A stretch of 63,904 nucleotides of DNA, filler included, from Rhizaria sp. SCN 62-66 (GCA_001724265.1; 3 parts of 3 records of this genome joined end to end with filler, not necessarily neighbours in it), one strand, 5' to 3'. Shown: positions 22,678 to 34,854, counted from the first letter of the whole stretch. Notes: generated from the sequence alone by a model not told the origin. Numbers and translations: made by a program.

Positions 22678-24664
22678 ATGGCGACCCTGCCCCTCGCGGG
22701 CCCCGCCCCGCTGCCCAGCTCCTCCGCCGCCGCCGGGAGCAACATTACGGCGACGCCTTCAGTGCCCTCCGGCCTGAACCCCGCCTGGTACACGCTGTCC
22801 CGGCTGCGGCGCCGCAAGTTCGCCTCTGCCATCTCCCTGGCCTCGGCGCAGCTTGCGCACAACCCGCGCGACGAGCCCGTGTGGTTCCTCAAGGTCCGCG
22901 CCCTTACACGCTCGACCTTTATCGACGACACGGACCTGGAAGAGGAATCGATCGGTGACCTACTGCTCGACGACGCAGCCATCGCCACTGCGCCCAGGTA
23001 CTTTTATTACAACTAAGATATCTCCATCGTACTTTATCTCTACTCAGCAAGACCTGTAAATATAATTAAACTACGTTATTATATACTTGTATGTAAAATA
23101 TTTATTCATATAACTCTCATCTCATGCTGTGTATACTCTTTATCTCTCCCTCTTTCTGTTACGTTACCGTCTCAGGCCTGGCACGTCGATCCGGCGTCCC
23201 CTCACCTCAGCGCAGGCCGCCCGCGCGGGCACCAGCTCCGGCCTGCGCCCGTCCTCGCAGGCCGGCCGCCCCCTCAGCGGCTACGCGCGCCCGGGCTCCC
23301 AGGCCGCCCGCCCCGGCACCAGCACCAATAACCGGTTGGGCACCAGCGGCGGCGGCACGGCGGCCGCGTTCAAGGGCGCCCGTCCCGGCACCACGCGGCC
23401 GGTGTCCGTGGCGGGGCGGTACGTGCGGCTGGGCACGGCGTCGCTCATGGCTGCCACCAACGGCGCGGCGTTCATTGACGTCAACCGGCTCAACTTCGAG
23501 TCGTTCGCTCGCAAACCTGCTCTGAGCAAGGCCCTCATGGACTACTTGCTTTACCACGCCCACGCGCCGCGCCGCGCGCTGGACCTGGCGGCGCGCGCGA
23601 CCGAGGCGCGCGGGTTTGGCGACTGGTGGTGGAAGCAGCGGTTGGGCGTGAGCTACTACCAACTCGGGCTGCTGCGAGACGCCGACACGCAGCTGAAGTC
23701 CTCGGCCAAGCAGCAGCTCACTCCGGCCTCCGTGCTGGCGCTGGGCAAGCTGTACCTGCGGCTGGACCAGCCCGCCGCCGCGATGGCGCTGTACACGCAG
23801 GCGCTGCAGGGCTCGGCCACCGCGGACCCCGCCTTCGCGACCGGTTTGGCGCGCGTGCAGGAGCTGCTGGGCAATATGACTAAATCGGTGACCATGTACA
23901 AGCAGGTGCTCATGTCCGACCAGACCAACGCTGAGGCCATTGCGTGCGTGGCCGCGCACCTCTTCTACGCCGACCAGCCCGAACTCGCGCTGCGCTACTA
24001 CCGCCGCCTCATCCAGCTCGGCGTCAGCAGCGCAGAGACCTGGACCAACGTCGGGCTCTGCGCCTTTTTCGCGAACCAGTGGGACTTCGCGTTCGGCTGC
24101 TTCGACCGCGCGCTCGCGCTCGCCGAGGAGAGCAACGTTGCTGACGTGTGGTACAACGTCTCTGTTGTTGCCGTGCACTCCGGTGACCACGTACGTTTGC
24201 AGGGGCGAGACTTTGTTGTGTCTTCTGGCTTGACTTAAATAATGTCGAATTCTACATCTATCTGTTATTTATATATTGGTTTCTCACTTAAATATGTATT
24301 TCTCTTCTATATATATCCCTTTCTTTGATGTTCGATCTTGCTTTTGTTTTTTCAGAACCTTGCGGCGCAGGCGCTGCGCGTGTGCCTGTCGCACTCGCCG
24401 TCGCACCCGGAGGCGCTGACGAACCTGGCACTGCTGGACCTGCGCGCGGGCCACGTCGAGGCCGCGCGCGCCGGGCTGGAGGCCGCCTGCCGCACCGCGC
24501 CCCTGTCTTCGGAGCCCTGGTGGAATCTGGCTCTGTTGCGGTTCAAGACGGGCGAGCTTGAGGGTGCGGGGGCCGCGCTTGTGCGCGTGCTCGAGGCCGA
24601 GCCAGAGCACGCAGGCGCGCTTAAGCTCAAGAAAACCATCGGGAACATGTTCCTCGGCTTTTGA
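22678..24664 (+). CDS. BBS8: BBSome subunit BBS8/TTC8, 547 aa; exons 22678-22997, 23176-24190, 24356-24664
   Basis: APRPGTS, GRYVRLGTAS, DWWWK..LG..YYQLGL.RDA, EAIAC, QPELALRYYRRL, DVWYN and TPRs. Intron phases are consistent. Ends TGA. Confidence 0.96.
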
Positions 24665-24864
24665 AATGCTCAAGACGCAAGATAACAAAGCGACAATTTC
24701 GTTGAGTACGTGCTGTAACTGTTACAGATTCTTTCCTTTCGTTCTGTTTTAGGCCAGTTGAGTGAGTATAATGACTTTTAGATGTATGTTTGAAATAAAT
24801 AAATAGTTGATTTAGATATAAATTATAAAGCAGGAACTCGAATGTTTTGTTTCGACTCACAAGC

Positions 24865-27800
24865 TTAAAGGAACCACTTCATGAGCGGAAGCAGAAGCCT
24901 GGCCATGCGCCCAGCCTTCTTCTCCTCACTCCCCACTGCTTCCACACTATTATCGGCAGTTGCCGCTGCAGATGGCATGGGCCGCGGTGTGGAGTGCGCG
25001 AGAGAGAGCGCCAGGTCGGCCCCCATGCGCCGTGTGAGCGCGGGGGACGTGGTGAGAATCGTCAGTTGGCACTCACTGTCCCGCGACACGCTGCGCTCGC
25101 CTGTTGGAGTGAGATATACAGAGAGAAAACAACGTGGATTAGAGTTTAATAAAATATTATTTGTAGAAATGTTGATTTTTGTGCGCGAATATTGAAATTT
25201 ACATTCGATTTAAGGATGTTATGGCAGTGTAAGTAGCGATTTCAAGTTACGCTTTCAAGTTCGGCATTGGCACAGCCTTTGCGATTGCTATTGCGAGAAT
25301 GAGTTGAACGTACCGAAGTTGGAGCTGCCCACCATAGTCAGCAGCGGCATCGCCGGGTCCAGCGGGCACTGCTCATCATCAGCGTCCCCACGGTCACTTT
25401 GCTGTGCGTTGCTACTACTACTATGACTGTGGGAGGGGGAAGCAACGGGCTGTGCCCACAGTCCCTTGGCGTGGTACGTCCAGTGCGGGCGCGCGTACTC
25501 GAGAACCTGTGACTAACCGTGGGCAGCGCTGGACTAACTGTGGGCATTGGTGCGGCGCAGGAACCGATCGGCCAAGAGCCCGTAGGCGGGGGGGATGGCG
25601 GCCGTGACGCCCTTGGCGTCGGCCCAGCCGTTGGCCTAAAACAGAAATACAAAACACAATAATACGCAATGATATCACAATTATTTGAGATAAAAAATAT
25701 TTATATATCTGATAATTTAATATTTACAAGAGATTATAAAATATTAATAAAAAATACTTCGGTTTTGTTTGAGATATATCACGTTCTACGTAAACGTACC
25801 TGTTTGCTCGCGACGAGGACGCGCACCGCATTGGCAGCGCCGGCGACTGCAGCGGAGACCGCAGAAACGGGAGCAACAAGGCGCGCCACGAGGGCCTGGT
25901 AGGGCGGCGGCATGTTGAAGTACCCCGTCGCAATATGCACCGACACAGCCGCAGCAGGTGATGACGCACTCGCAGTCTCAGCACTTGCACTCGCATTCGT
26001 CAAGCTAGAGTTGGAGCTCGAGCCGAAGCTGTTGTTGTTCCCATGTGTAAGGTTGATGAGATCGTTCATAAGCGCAGTGAACAGCCGCTCATCCTGCCTC
26101 ACGCCGAGGCTGGCCAGCTGCAGCGAGGGGTAAATCACCGTGTCCGTCGCCGCAGCCGCCGTGGCATCAGTGACCGCGGGCGCAGCAATGGCCGTTGCAG
26201 CTGTCGCGGTAGCAGTGAACGGCGGCAGCGGCCCGAGGATGGCCTGCAGGGCGCGCGCAGTGGCTCCAGGGGCGGCGAAAGCAGCGGCGCGGGACTGCGT
26301 CGACAGCGACTGGGCCAAAGCGGGGGCCGCAGACAGCCAGGACCAGTCAGCGGCGACGGCAGATGCGTCGCTAATGTTGTTATTGTGAAAGGGACGACTG
26401 TGGGCGAGCCAAAAGGGGGGGATTTGCGTGTTCATCGAGCCAATGCTCTCCAGCCCACAGTCACTACCACCCTTAGATAAAGCACCCTTAGACTCTGTGA
26501 CCGCATTGCTATCACTCTGAGCACTCTTAATATCGTTGTTGTTTCTGTTGCTGTTGTCGTCGTTAAAGATGAGCGCTGCAGCCGGAGACGCGCTGAGACA
26601 TAGTGCTGTGGCAGCCAAAGCGTCGCAGAGCGGCTTATCTTTGATTAACAGGTAGCGGTCCTGACGCTGCTGGAAGTAGACGTCGCTCAGGTTCGCACCA
26701 CTCATGATCTAAAGCGAAGAGACAAACATGTTGGTTTAGCAACAGGAAGGAACATGAGACAATCAAGTGTGAGAGTTGAGAAGAACATCAGTCCTTATAC
26801 AAAACATACCATTTCAAATTTAAAATTTAAGAAAATACTTCAGTTATATGCATATATATGCGTGTTATAATTGTGAATTATAGCGGAAGACTTACGAGCG
26901 TGTCATCGACGATGTAGAGCTTCATGTGGTGGACAGTGAGGAGCTCGTTCCCGCGCCCGGGGAGGTGTTTCTGCAGCAGGGCCCAGAGACGGCCGCGCAG
27001 GCGCTCGGGCAGGGGCGTCGCAGCGGCAAAAATGTCATCATCACCATCCTCATTGATCGTAGCAGCAGCAACAACAGCAGCAGTCGAACTCGAGCTAGAG
27101 CTAGAGTTAGAGTTTGCGACAGTACGAGTGCTCTGCGAAGTGGTATCAGCAGTTAGAGAGTTATTACCGCTGTTGTCCGTGTTCCTGCGCGGTTCAGCGC
27201 GCGAGTGCCTCAGCGGCGGGGCGAAGAAGGCCGCCGACACGCGCCCCGGATGCCGCTGCGCCAGCTCCGCGCATAGCGACAGCGATGAGTGGCCCGTTTC
27301 CCGGTCCCGGCGGCGGCCGCGCGCGTGGTCGAACATAAGGTGCGCCGTCAGGGCCGGGGCCGCCGCCAGGGACGCGGACAGAGAAGCCAGCAGGGCCCGC
27401 TCGGTCGGGGACGAGCCCAGGTAGAGGGCGCTCAAGAGGACGCGGTGGCGCGCGTTGGCGAGCAAATCCTGCAAATTATGAAAAATAATGCAAACACAAA
27501 ATACAAGAAAAGTTGATTACAACACGTTAAAATACATCAATAAAATTATCACAAAGATTTAGCTAGATATATTTTGATATGAGCGAGATGTCTCAGCAAA
27601 AGCGCGTACGTTGAGGGTGTTATAGAAGTCCTGGGGCGTCTCGATGGCCGTAATGCAGTCGCTGGACACCGGAAACGGCCGCGCATACCGTGACAGCGTC
27701 TGCGCAAGCGTGGGCACAAAGGCTGCGGTGCACGCAGCGGCGGGGTCGCCGGGCGCTCTCGTTGCGGGCGCGCTCTGTGCAGCGGTGAGCGAGGGGGAGA

Positions 27801-28002
27801 CTCTCACAGCAGCCGCGGCGGCAGCTGGCGCGGGGGCGGACGTGGATAGCGCAGACCGCTGCTGCTGCACAAACGGCGCCGCAGCACCGTAATAAACAAG
27901 CGCTGCCGCTGCTGGGGAGCGCGCAGGAGAGAAGGGAAGGCGGGAGGCGGTGGAGAGCACCCCGCGCAGGAGCGGGGAGCGGACTGCCAAACGGCCCAGC
28001 AT
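24865..28002 (-). CDS. PGS1: Mitochondrial phosphatidylglycerophosphate synthase (PLD superfamily), 810 aa if two TAGs are read; exons 28002-27610, 27468-26896, 26708-25800, 25635-25314, 25100-24865
   Basis: Presequence-like N-terminus, P.DFY..L, LSALYLG, HMKLYIVDDTLIMSGANLS..YF..RQDRY, ATGYFN, ANGW..AKG....IP.AY, EY.R..WTYHAKGLW, GSSNFG.RS..RD.E. In-frame TAGs at 25536-25534 and 25515-25513. Ends TAA. Exon 4 is missing from the ORF track. Confidence 0.93.
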
Positions 28003-28390
28003 CTGTCCAGACTTAACACGCTGCAGCGCGCTGTAAAGTATGTTCTAAGGCTTAAAATTTTGAATACAAAAATTTAACTCATGTTAAAATAGCATACTTG
28101 CGCAACACTTCCGTTAACGGACTATAAAAAGAGATATACTTGATAAAAGTGAGATTTAAGTCACTGCTGTGTGCCCAATTACCCAACAAGACTCGTCCGG
28201 TTCGCAAAAAATTGAGGCGGAGTCAGCTCGAAGCCGAAGACAGCGCTTCGCAAATATGAAAAATGCATGTTTATCATCCGTTATAGCGTATATTATAAAG
28301 CTTTTTGAACATCCCGCTCCGCAAAGTATCTTTTCTATCAATAGTGTCTCACGTAAGAACCTCCATCTTCTGCGTTTGCGTATCTCCAGA

Positions 28391-31300
28391 ATGAGCAAGG
28401 CTCCGAGTCGCTTGGACGCCCTGCTCTCTGGCGCTCCGCTGGGCGCCGTCACGGGCGCGGCCGCCCTGGGCGCCGCCACCGCGCAGTCGACGCACATCAC
28501 GGCCATGCTGTCGGCGTCGATGCAGACCGTTTCCGCCGCGAACGCGCTCGCGGGGAGCAACCTCGCGTACCTCTCCACGGTCCCCTCGGTGGCGGCCAAG
28601 ACGCAGGCCGTGCAGCAGCAAATCCTGTCTCTGATGGCGCAGCTCATCGCCAAGGTCTCCCGCTCCGCGCGCGACGATCCCGCGCCCTTTCTTCGTCTTA
28701 ACACGGACTCGGCGCGCTTTTCTGCGCTCGTAGACGCTACTGACGACGGGCTCGAACACGTCTCCGCTGCGCTCGCCCGCGCCCTCAAGCCCGTCTCCAG
28801 CAGCAGCAACGCCTCTGCCGCGGCCGCGACCGCCGCCGCCGACCCCGCCGCCGCCGCGCAGGCCGCCGTGAAGCTGGGCGCGATCCGCTTCAACTCGTCC
28901 GCGCCCTCAGCCGCCGACGCCGCAGCCGCCAGCGCCAACGCCAGCGCGGGCGCGGTTGTGGGCAAGCCGCAGCTGTCGTTCCGCTTCCCCGTGGACAACT
29001 CGCCCGCGCCGTGGCTGCCGCGGCTGCGCGTGAAGCCCAACGCGCTGCAGCCGCTGGAGCCCGGCTTCGCGCTGCGGCCGGAGTCAGCGCTCGTCCCCGC
29101 GTCCTCTGTCTACATCAGCACTAGCAACAACGACGACAACGACGACGATGATGATGGAGACGAGGAGAGGAGCTACTACACCGAGGCGTCGACGCCGGCC
29201 GCCATGAGCGCCGCCGCCACCGCGGCCGCCGCAGTCACCGTCCTGCCCTCCGGGTCCGACTCTGACGACGTCGACGACACCGCCAGTCCTAACAACAACA
29301 GCAACAGCAGCAGCAGCAGCAGCTCTCGTGCCAGTGGCGCTAGAACTGGCTCTGGTTCCGGCTCTGCTAAGAGTTCACTTCCGATGACTGAGCTTAAGGC
29401 GCACATGAGCGGCCTCGGATACAAGTCCAAATCTCACACCTCGACGACAACTCCCAGCAGCAACTCTGGTAACAACAGCAACAGCAACAGTGCTGCCGCG
29501 ATCGCCAGCGCCCCGTCCGGCGCGGGCGGCTTAAATTCCTCCTCCGGCGGCCTGACTTCCTCGCTGCCGCACCCGTACGCGTACGAGCTGGCGCACGCCG
29601 CCGTCCCACGCCGCTGCTTGGGGCCGGTGCGGGAGCGTCTGTTCAAGCCGCTGGCCGAGACGCCCTGCTGGTGGGTCGACTCCCCCGCCGACGTGCCTGT
29701 GCTGGTGAGGAAGCTGCGCGCTGCGAAGGAGATCGCGATCGACTTGGAGCACCACTCGTTCCGCTCGTTCCAGGGCATCACGTGCCTGCTGCAGCTGTCG
29801 ACGCGCACGGAGGACTTCATCGTCGACACGATCGCGCTGCGGGACCACCTGGCGCCGCTCAACACGGTCTTCACGGACCCCACGGTGAGCAAGGTGCTCC
29901 ACGGCGGCCACATGGACGTGCAATGGCTGCAGCGCGACCTGGGCCTCTACTTGGTCAACCTGTTCGACACGGAGCAGGCGGCGCGGCTGCTCGACTTCCG
30001 CTCCTTCTCGCTCGCGCACCTGCTCAAGCACTATTGTGACACCACCACGGACAAGAAGTACCAGCTCGCCGACTGGCGGGTCCGCCCGCTCCCGGCCGAG
30101 ATGCTGCTGTACGCGCGCCAGGATACCCACTTCCTGCTGTACATCTACGACCGCATGCGGAACGCGCTGGCGGACAAGGCCGCCGCGGTGCTGCGGGCGC
30201 ATCCCTCGGCCGCGACCAACCGTGGCAGCGCGGGATACGTCTACGTGCGCCCCTCGGAGGCCGCCTGCAAGAAGGACAGCAGCAACAGCGCCAAGGACAA
30301 CAACGACAACGAGGAGGACGAGGACGAAGACTGGTTGTTTGACGACGAGACCACCAATCCTAACAGCAGCGGCAAAAGCAGTTTTGCCAAGACGAGCTTG
30401 CCCCGCGTGATCGACGCCTCGGCGCCCTCCGCGGTCGCGCTGGGCGTGCGCGCCTCGCCGCCGCGCTTCTTCCTCCACGCCGCGTGCCTGAACCGGTCCC
30501 GCGAGACGGCGGCGACGCTGTACGAGAAGGAGGCCGTGACGGCGGGCGCGGCGCTCGACTTCGCCGCGAAGTACCGGCTGACGCTGACGGACCGGCAGCT
30601 GCGCGTGCTGACCGCGCTGCTGCAGTGGCGCGACGGCGTGGCGCGCGCCGAGGACGAGAGCACGGGGTACATCATGCCGAACCAAGCCGTCATCGGGACC
30701 GTTGAGGCGCTGCCCGCGACCGCGGCGGAGCTGGCGCGCGCTTGCCAGGTCCTCACGCCCTCGCTGCGCACGCACGCCGCGGCCGTTGTCGCGCTCGTCG
30801 CCGCCGCGGGCGCCACGGGCGGCGGCAGCAGCGCGACCGCGGCGGCCGTGGCGGCGGCCATCGGGTCCGCCACCGCCAACAGCAACAGCAGCAGTAGCAG
30901 CAACGGAAACGGGAAGACTCCCGCGACCGCGACTGCGAACGGCGCGAGCGCGAACGCTGCCGCTGCCGTTGTTGCTGCTGCTGCTGGTGCTGCTGCTGCT
31001 GGTGCGAATGCTGTGGGGCCGCAGTCGCCGCCGCAGAAGCGGAGCGACCTGGCCAAGTCCACCCAGTGGATTGCTAACAGTACCGGCTCGAGCGGCGAGT
31101 CGTCCCAGTCGCAGTCAATCTCGCCCACTGCGAGCTCCGGCGCCGGCGCCAGTGCCGGTGCTACTGCCAGCGGCAAGAAGGCTACCGCTGCTGCGGCCGC
31201 GGCCGGCGGCAAGGGCGTGACCGTCAAGTCCGAGCCTGCAAGCAGTGACCGTGAGCAGTCGCAGTCTAACTCCGGTGCGAATGGTGAGGTTGAGGCTGAG

Positions 31301-33067
31301 GGCGCTGCTGGCGCGGCCTGGCGCAGTCAGTGGGAGGCCTCAGCCGCCGCCGCCGCCGCCGCCGCCTACGCAGCCGCCGGCGTGACCCGTTCTGGTCCCT
31401 TTGCACTCCTCGACGGAGCAGGTCTCCTCTCGTCCAACAGCAACTGCAACGGTGACAGCTCGAGTGCGAGTGCGAGTCAGAGGGCGGCGCGAGGCGGCGC
31501 GGCGGCGCTGTTCGGCGCTGACTCAGACAACGACGACGTCGACGATAATAACAATGCAATCAACACCGCTGTTGTTTCTAAGGGTGGCAGCAAGACTGGT
31601 AAGAACGGCAAGAAGGACAACGCTGCAGCAGCTGCGACCCCTGTCCGCCCCCGCTCTAACGCCAGTGCTGCGACCAGTGCGAGTGCAATGACGCCCGCAG
31701 CGGCTGCGGCCGCCGCTGTCCGCGCCAAGCTTGCGGCGACGCCCGCCCTCACGCCCCTCATGCTCGCGACCGCGGCGGCCAGCGCTGCTGCCAATACGCC
31801 GGCTCACACCGACCTGTCGTGGTCAGCCAACGGCGACACCGCCAACGCCACCGCGACTGCGACTGTGCCTGCTGCCGACAAGGCGAAGCTGACGAGTATG
31901 ATCGACTCGGTTTCTGGTGACCTCTCGTCCTTCACCTCGACCTCCGCCCCCGACTTTACCAGCGGCGGCGACGGCAGCGCGAGCAACACGGCAGCCCTCA
32001 CCGGCGGCCGCCACTCTGCTGCTGCTGCTGCCAACGCAAACAGCGGGCTGCCTCAGTCGCCGTTGTCGGCGCGCGGCGAGGCAGCCGGTCACGCGCGGCC
32101 CGCCCTCGGCCTCGGCGTGCCCCGCTCAGAGTCGACTGCGGCGGCGGCGGCCCAGGCCAAGGCTGCTGCGGCGGCGACGGCGGAGGCCGTGGCGGCGTCG
32201 GCGCGCGGACAGGTGCCGCTGTCAATGCGCGAGATCTACGTCCTGGCCAACGCCAACAAGACGAAGCTTAGCAAACAGGCCGCCGCCGCCGCCGCCGCCG
32301 CCAATGCCGCTGTGACTGGCCCTAGCGCCAACGCTGCGAGCGTTGATGGTGCGGCTGCGGGCAATAGCGAGGAGCGCGAGGCTAAGCGCGCGCGCAAGGC
32401 TGCCAAGAAGGCCGCCAAGAAAGCAGCCTCCGCCGCCGCTGCCGCTGCTAACGCCGGCAACAGCGACGACGAGGCTGCGAACGATGACGGCGACGACGAT
32501 GATGAAGCCTTCCTGGGCAAGGTTGGGTGGACAGCAGGCGCGAACGCTGCGGCGAGCAACGCCGCCACCGCCGCTGCCGCCGCGAACCTCGCGAGCGCTA
32601 AAGCTGCGACTGGGGGCAAGAGCGAAGGTGGGAAGCGTAAGAAGCAGCCCTTCACCCCCATCAGTAACAACAACGATGACACTGCTGCTGCTGCCAACGA
32701 TGACGACCACGACAGCTCAAGCTCGAGCGCTGGCTCTGGCTCTGGCTCTAAGAGTGCGACCCCGACGGCCGCTGCCAACTCTAGCATCGTCAGCTTCGAC
32801 TTCGCCGCGATGACCGCGACGAACGCCTTCTCCTCGGCCAACGTCAGCGGCGCGATGCTCGCCGCCGCAGCAAACTACAGCTCCGGCGGACGCTACTACG
32901 ACGGCAACGCGCGCGGCGGTCGCGGCGGACGCGGTGGCGGCCGCGGCGGTGGTCGTGGCGGTGGCGGCCGCGGCGGCAGTCGCGGAGGCAGTAGCCGCGG
33001 CGGCGGTGGCGGCGGCGGGCGCGGCGGCAGTCGTGGCGGCGGCGGTGGCGGCGGTCGCGGCCGGTAA
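28391..33067 (+). CDS. RRP6: Exosome 3'-5' exonuclease Rrp6/EXOSC10, 1558 aa, with C-terminal RGG tail
   Basis: KPQL.F...VDN, PHPY.YEL, IAIDLEHHSFRSFQGITCLLQLSTR, WLQRD, NLFDT, YQLADWR.RPL, YARQDTHFLLYIYD and the HRDC motif WRD.VAR.EDES.GY. Ends TAA. Confidence 0.96.
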   Translation: MSKAPSRLDALLSGAPLGAVTGAAALGAATAQSTHITAMLSASMQTVSAANALAGSNLAYLSTVPSVAAKTQAVQQQILSLMAQLIAKVSRSARDDPAPFLRLNTDSARFSALVDATDDGLEHVSAALARALKPVSSSSNASAAAATAAADPAAAAQAAVKLGAIRFNSSAPSAADAAAASANASAGAVVGKPQLSFRFPVDNSPAPWLPRLRVKPNALQPLEPGFALRPESALVPASSVYISTSNNDDNDDDDDGDEERSYYTEASTPAAMSAAATAAAAVTVLPSGSDSDDVDDTASPNNNSNSSSSSSSRASGARTGSGSGSAKSSLPMTELKAHMSGLGYKSKSHTSTTTPSSNSGNNSNSNSAAAIASAPSGAGGLNSSSGGLTSSLPHPYAYELAHAAVPRRCLGPVRERLFKPLAETPCWWVDSPADVPVLVRKLRAAKEIAIDLEHHSFRSFQGITCLLQLSTRTEDFIVDTIALRDHLAPLNTVFTDPTVSKVLHGGHMDVQWLQRDLGLYLVNLFDTEQAARLLDFRSFSLAHLLKHYCDTTTDKKYQLADWRVRPLPAEMLLYARQDTHFLLYIYDRMRNALADKAAAVLRAHPSAATNRGSAGYVYVRPSEAACKKDSSNSAKDNNDNEEDEDEDWLFDDETTNPNSSGKSSFAKTSLPRVIDASAPSAVALGVRASPPRFFLHAACLNRSRETAATLYEKEAVTAGAALDFAAKYRLTLTDRQLRVLTALLQWRDGVARAEDESTGYIMPNQAVIGTVEALPATAAELARACQVLTPSLRTHAAAVVALVAAAGATGGGSSATAAAVAAAIGSATANSNSSSSSNGNGKTPATATANGASANAAAAVVAAAAGAAAAGANAVGPQSPPQKRSDLAKSTQWIANSTGSSGESSQSQSISPTASSGAGASAGATASGKKATAAAAAAGGKGVTVKSEPASSDREQSQSNSGANGEVEAEGAAGAAWRSQWEASAAAAAAAAYAAAGVTRSGPFALLDGAGLLSSNSNCNGDSSSASASQRAARGGAAALFGADSDNDDVDDNNNAINTAVVSKGGSKTGKNGKKDNAAAAATPVRPRSNASAATSASAMTPAAAAAAAVRAKLAATPALTPLMLATAAASAAANTPAHTDLSWSANGDTANATATATVPAADKAKLTSMIDSVSGDLSSFTSTSAPDFTSGGDGSASNTAALTGGRHSAAAAANANSGLPQSPLSARGEAAGHARPALGLGVPRSESTAAAAAQAKAAAAATAEAVAASARGQVPLSMREIYVLANANKTKLSKQAAAAAAAANAAVTGPSANAASVDGAAAGNSEEREAKRARKAAKKAAKKAASAAAAAANAGNSDDEAANDDGDDDDEAFLGKVGWTAGANAAASNAATAAAAANLASAKAATGGKSEGGKRKKQPFTPISNNNDDTAAAANDDDHDSSSSSAGSGSGSKSATPTAAANSSIVSFDFAAMTATNAFSSANVSGAMLAAAANYSSGGRYYDGNARGGRGGRGGGRGGGRGGGGRGGSRGGSSRGGGGGGGRGGSRGGGGGGGRGR

Positions 33068-34332
33068 GCATCGGCTTGAATCGCAACGATAACGATTGCA
33101 ACAAAACATAAACAAAACACAGTGATAACGCTTGGAGGGTGACTATTAGGCGTGTTAACACTACACTATGAGTGTTTTTCGCGACAAAATGAAGTATCAG
33201 TTCAGGATAAAAACAAATACATGTACATTAAAGAAACTAGCTGCTTTTGTGGATTATTTTACAACTGAATTGAAATGCCTTGTTAAACTGAACAAAATCT
33301 CGTGTATGTATGCATACGCACTAACACGAGCGTTAACACTGATGCTGCAACAAATCTTGCATCATCAAAGCTGGTTGAATCACGCATTCCTATGAGCTAT
33401 ATGCATTGTAAGGTCAGCACTATGATGCGTACAACAGTCTTTGCTGTTCAGTTAAATAGCTTTCAGTGTCTTCTGATGTAAACTTATTGAAAGAAAGAAA
33501 CCCTCGCACTCAAACGGAGTGTTACGGGGACGGGCTGGTTGGCATTGTGTATTGCGCGTGCTTGGGCGTGCTTGTACGACGACGACTATTACATTACAGA
33601 GCGAGAAAGAGTGGTGTAACAGTATACGGGTGTGGGTATGTAACTGCGTTCGCGTTGCGGTAGCGTTACGACGCGAATGAATAAACTGTTACACTGCTTA
33701 TGCTGATGCTTGCTGGTGACATATTGACACTGAACACTTGACACTGACACGAAGAGAGGTAAGAAGCGAACGCTGCTGCTGGCTGATTGACAGCGAAGAG
33801 AAAAATACAAAGCTGCGGCAGCGGCGGCAAACTTAACCCTTAAAGACCACACGCGCGCTCAACCCGGACCTCTTGTAGTAAAGTAAGTACGTACTCAGAT
33901 TGGAAAAGAAGAACGGGGGTCAGGAAAGCGCGGGGAAATATGATGGCGAAAATCAAATAAATATTAGAGGCACCACAAGAAGGGGCATCCGTGTTGTCAT
34001 TACTGCGACTGGAACTTTGCTACTGTTGCTGTTGTTGTTGTTGTCGGAATTATTATGAGTAGTAGTTGTTGTTGGTGTTGTTGTGTTGCGCTTTGTACTG
34101 ACGCGCACACAGACTGGATATATCGCATGCAAAACACGCCTGATCTTGTTCGTGAACAATCACACACGCACACGGTGAGGCAAAGTTATCACAAAAATGT
34201 TGTGACTGACAGTTTCCGTCGATTAGAGAGAAAGCCTTGCGTGTTATGGTCGCGCGAGTGAGATGTGAGAGCAAGAGAGCGCGATTACAGAGCGAAGAAG
34301 CAAAGCTTGCGAAGCGAGCAGGCACAGCGCAC

Positions 34333-34854
34333 TTACTCGCTTTTCTTGCTACCAGAGAGGTGAGTGATGGCCTTGGCGATGGACCAAACGCAGGCGCCGA
34401 CTGCCGCGCCCTGGAAGGCGATACGGGCGAACATGTACTTGTTGGCCTTGGTCGAGTCGCGGGTGACGAACGACTGCTTCATGCCGCCCATGAGGGCGAC
34501 GACGGTGAGGCCGGCGAAGATGGGCACGGCGGGGTCCTCCTTGGCCTTGGCCTTGGCGGTCTCCCAGAACGAGGGGCGGCGCTGGTACGAGTCCCTGTGG
34601 TGTCAAAAACGCAAGGTGCACAGCGCGGAGAGATGGCGAGGGGGAAGGCGGCGATGGGGAAGCGGGACAGAAGGAGGAAAGTGAGCTGAGTAGGGGCGGG
34701 GATTGGGAAGCGAAGCGTGGTGCGGGATTTACGAGTCGGAATAGAGGCATATTCGGTGCGGGAAGAAGAAAACGCACCACTCACGGTCGTCCCAGAACTC
34801 GAAGCCGCCCTTGTCGGCGGGCTTGTTGGCGGAGTTGGCGGAATCAGAGGACAT
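34333..34854 (-). CDS. HIG1-domain (Rcf1/HIGD-like) mitochondrial protein; exons 34854-34778, 34594-34333
   Basis: K.KEDPAVPI...LT..AL..G and N..M.ARI.FQG match the HIG1 pattern. Donor GTGCGT. Ends TAA. Confidence 0.85.

Noticed and set aside
25507-25538. A 32-nt GTTAGT...CACAG intron removing the PGS1 TAGs
   Set aside because: Removal shifts the frame and destroys EY...WTYHAKGLW. It is also far shorter than the other introns here and lacks a pyrimidine tract.
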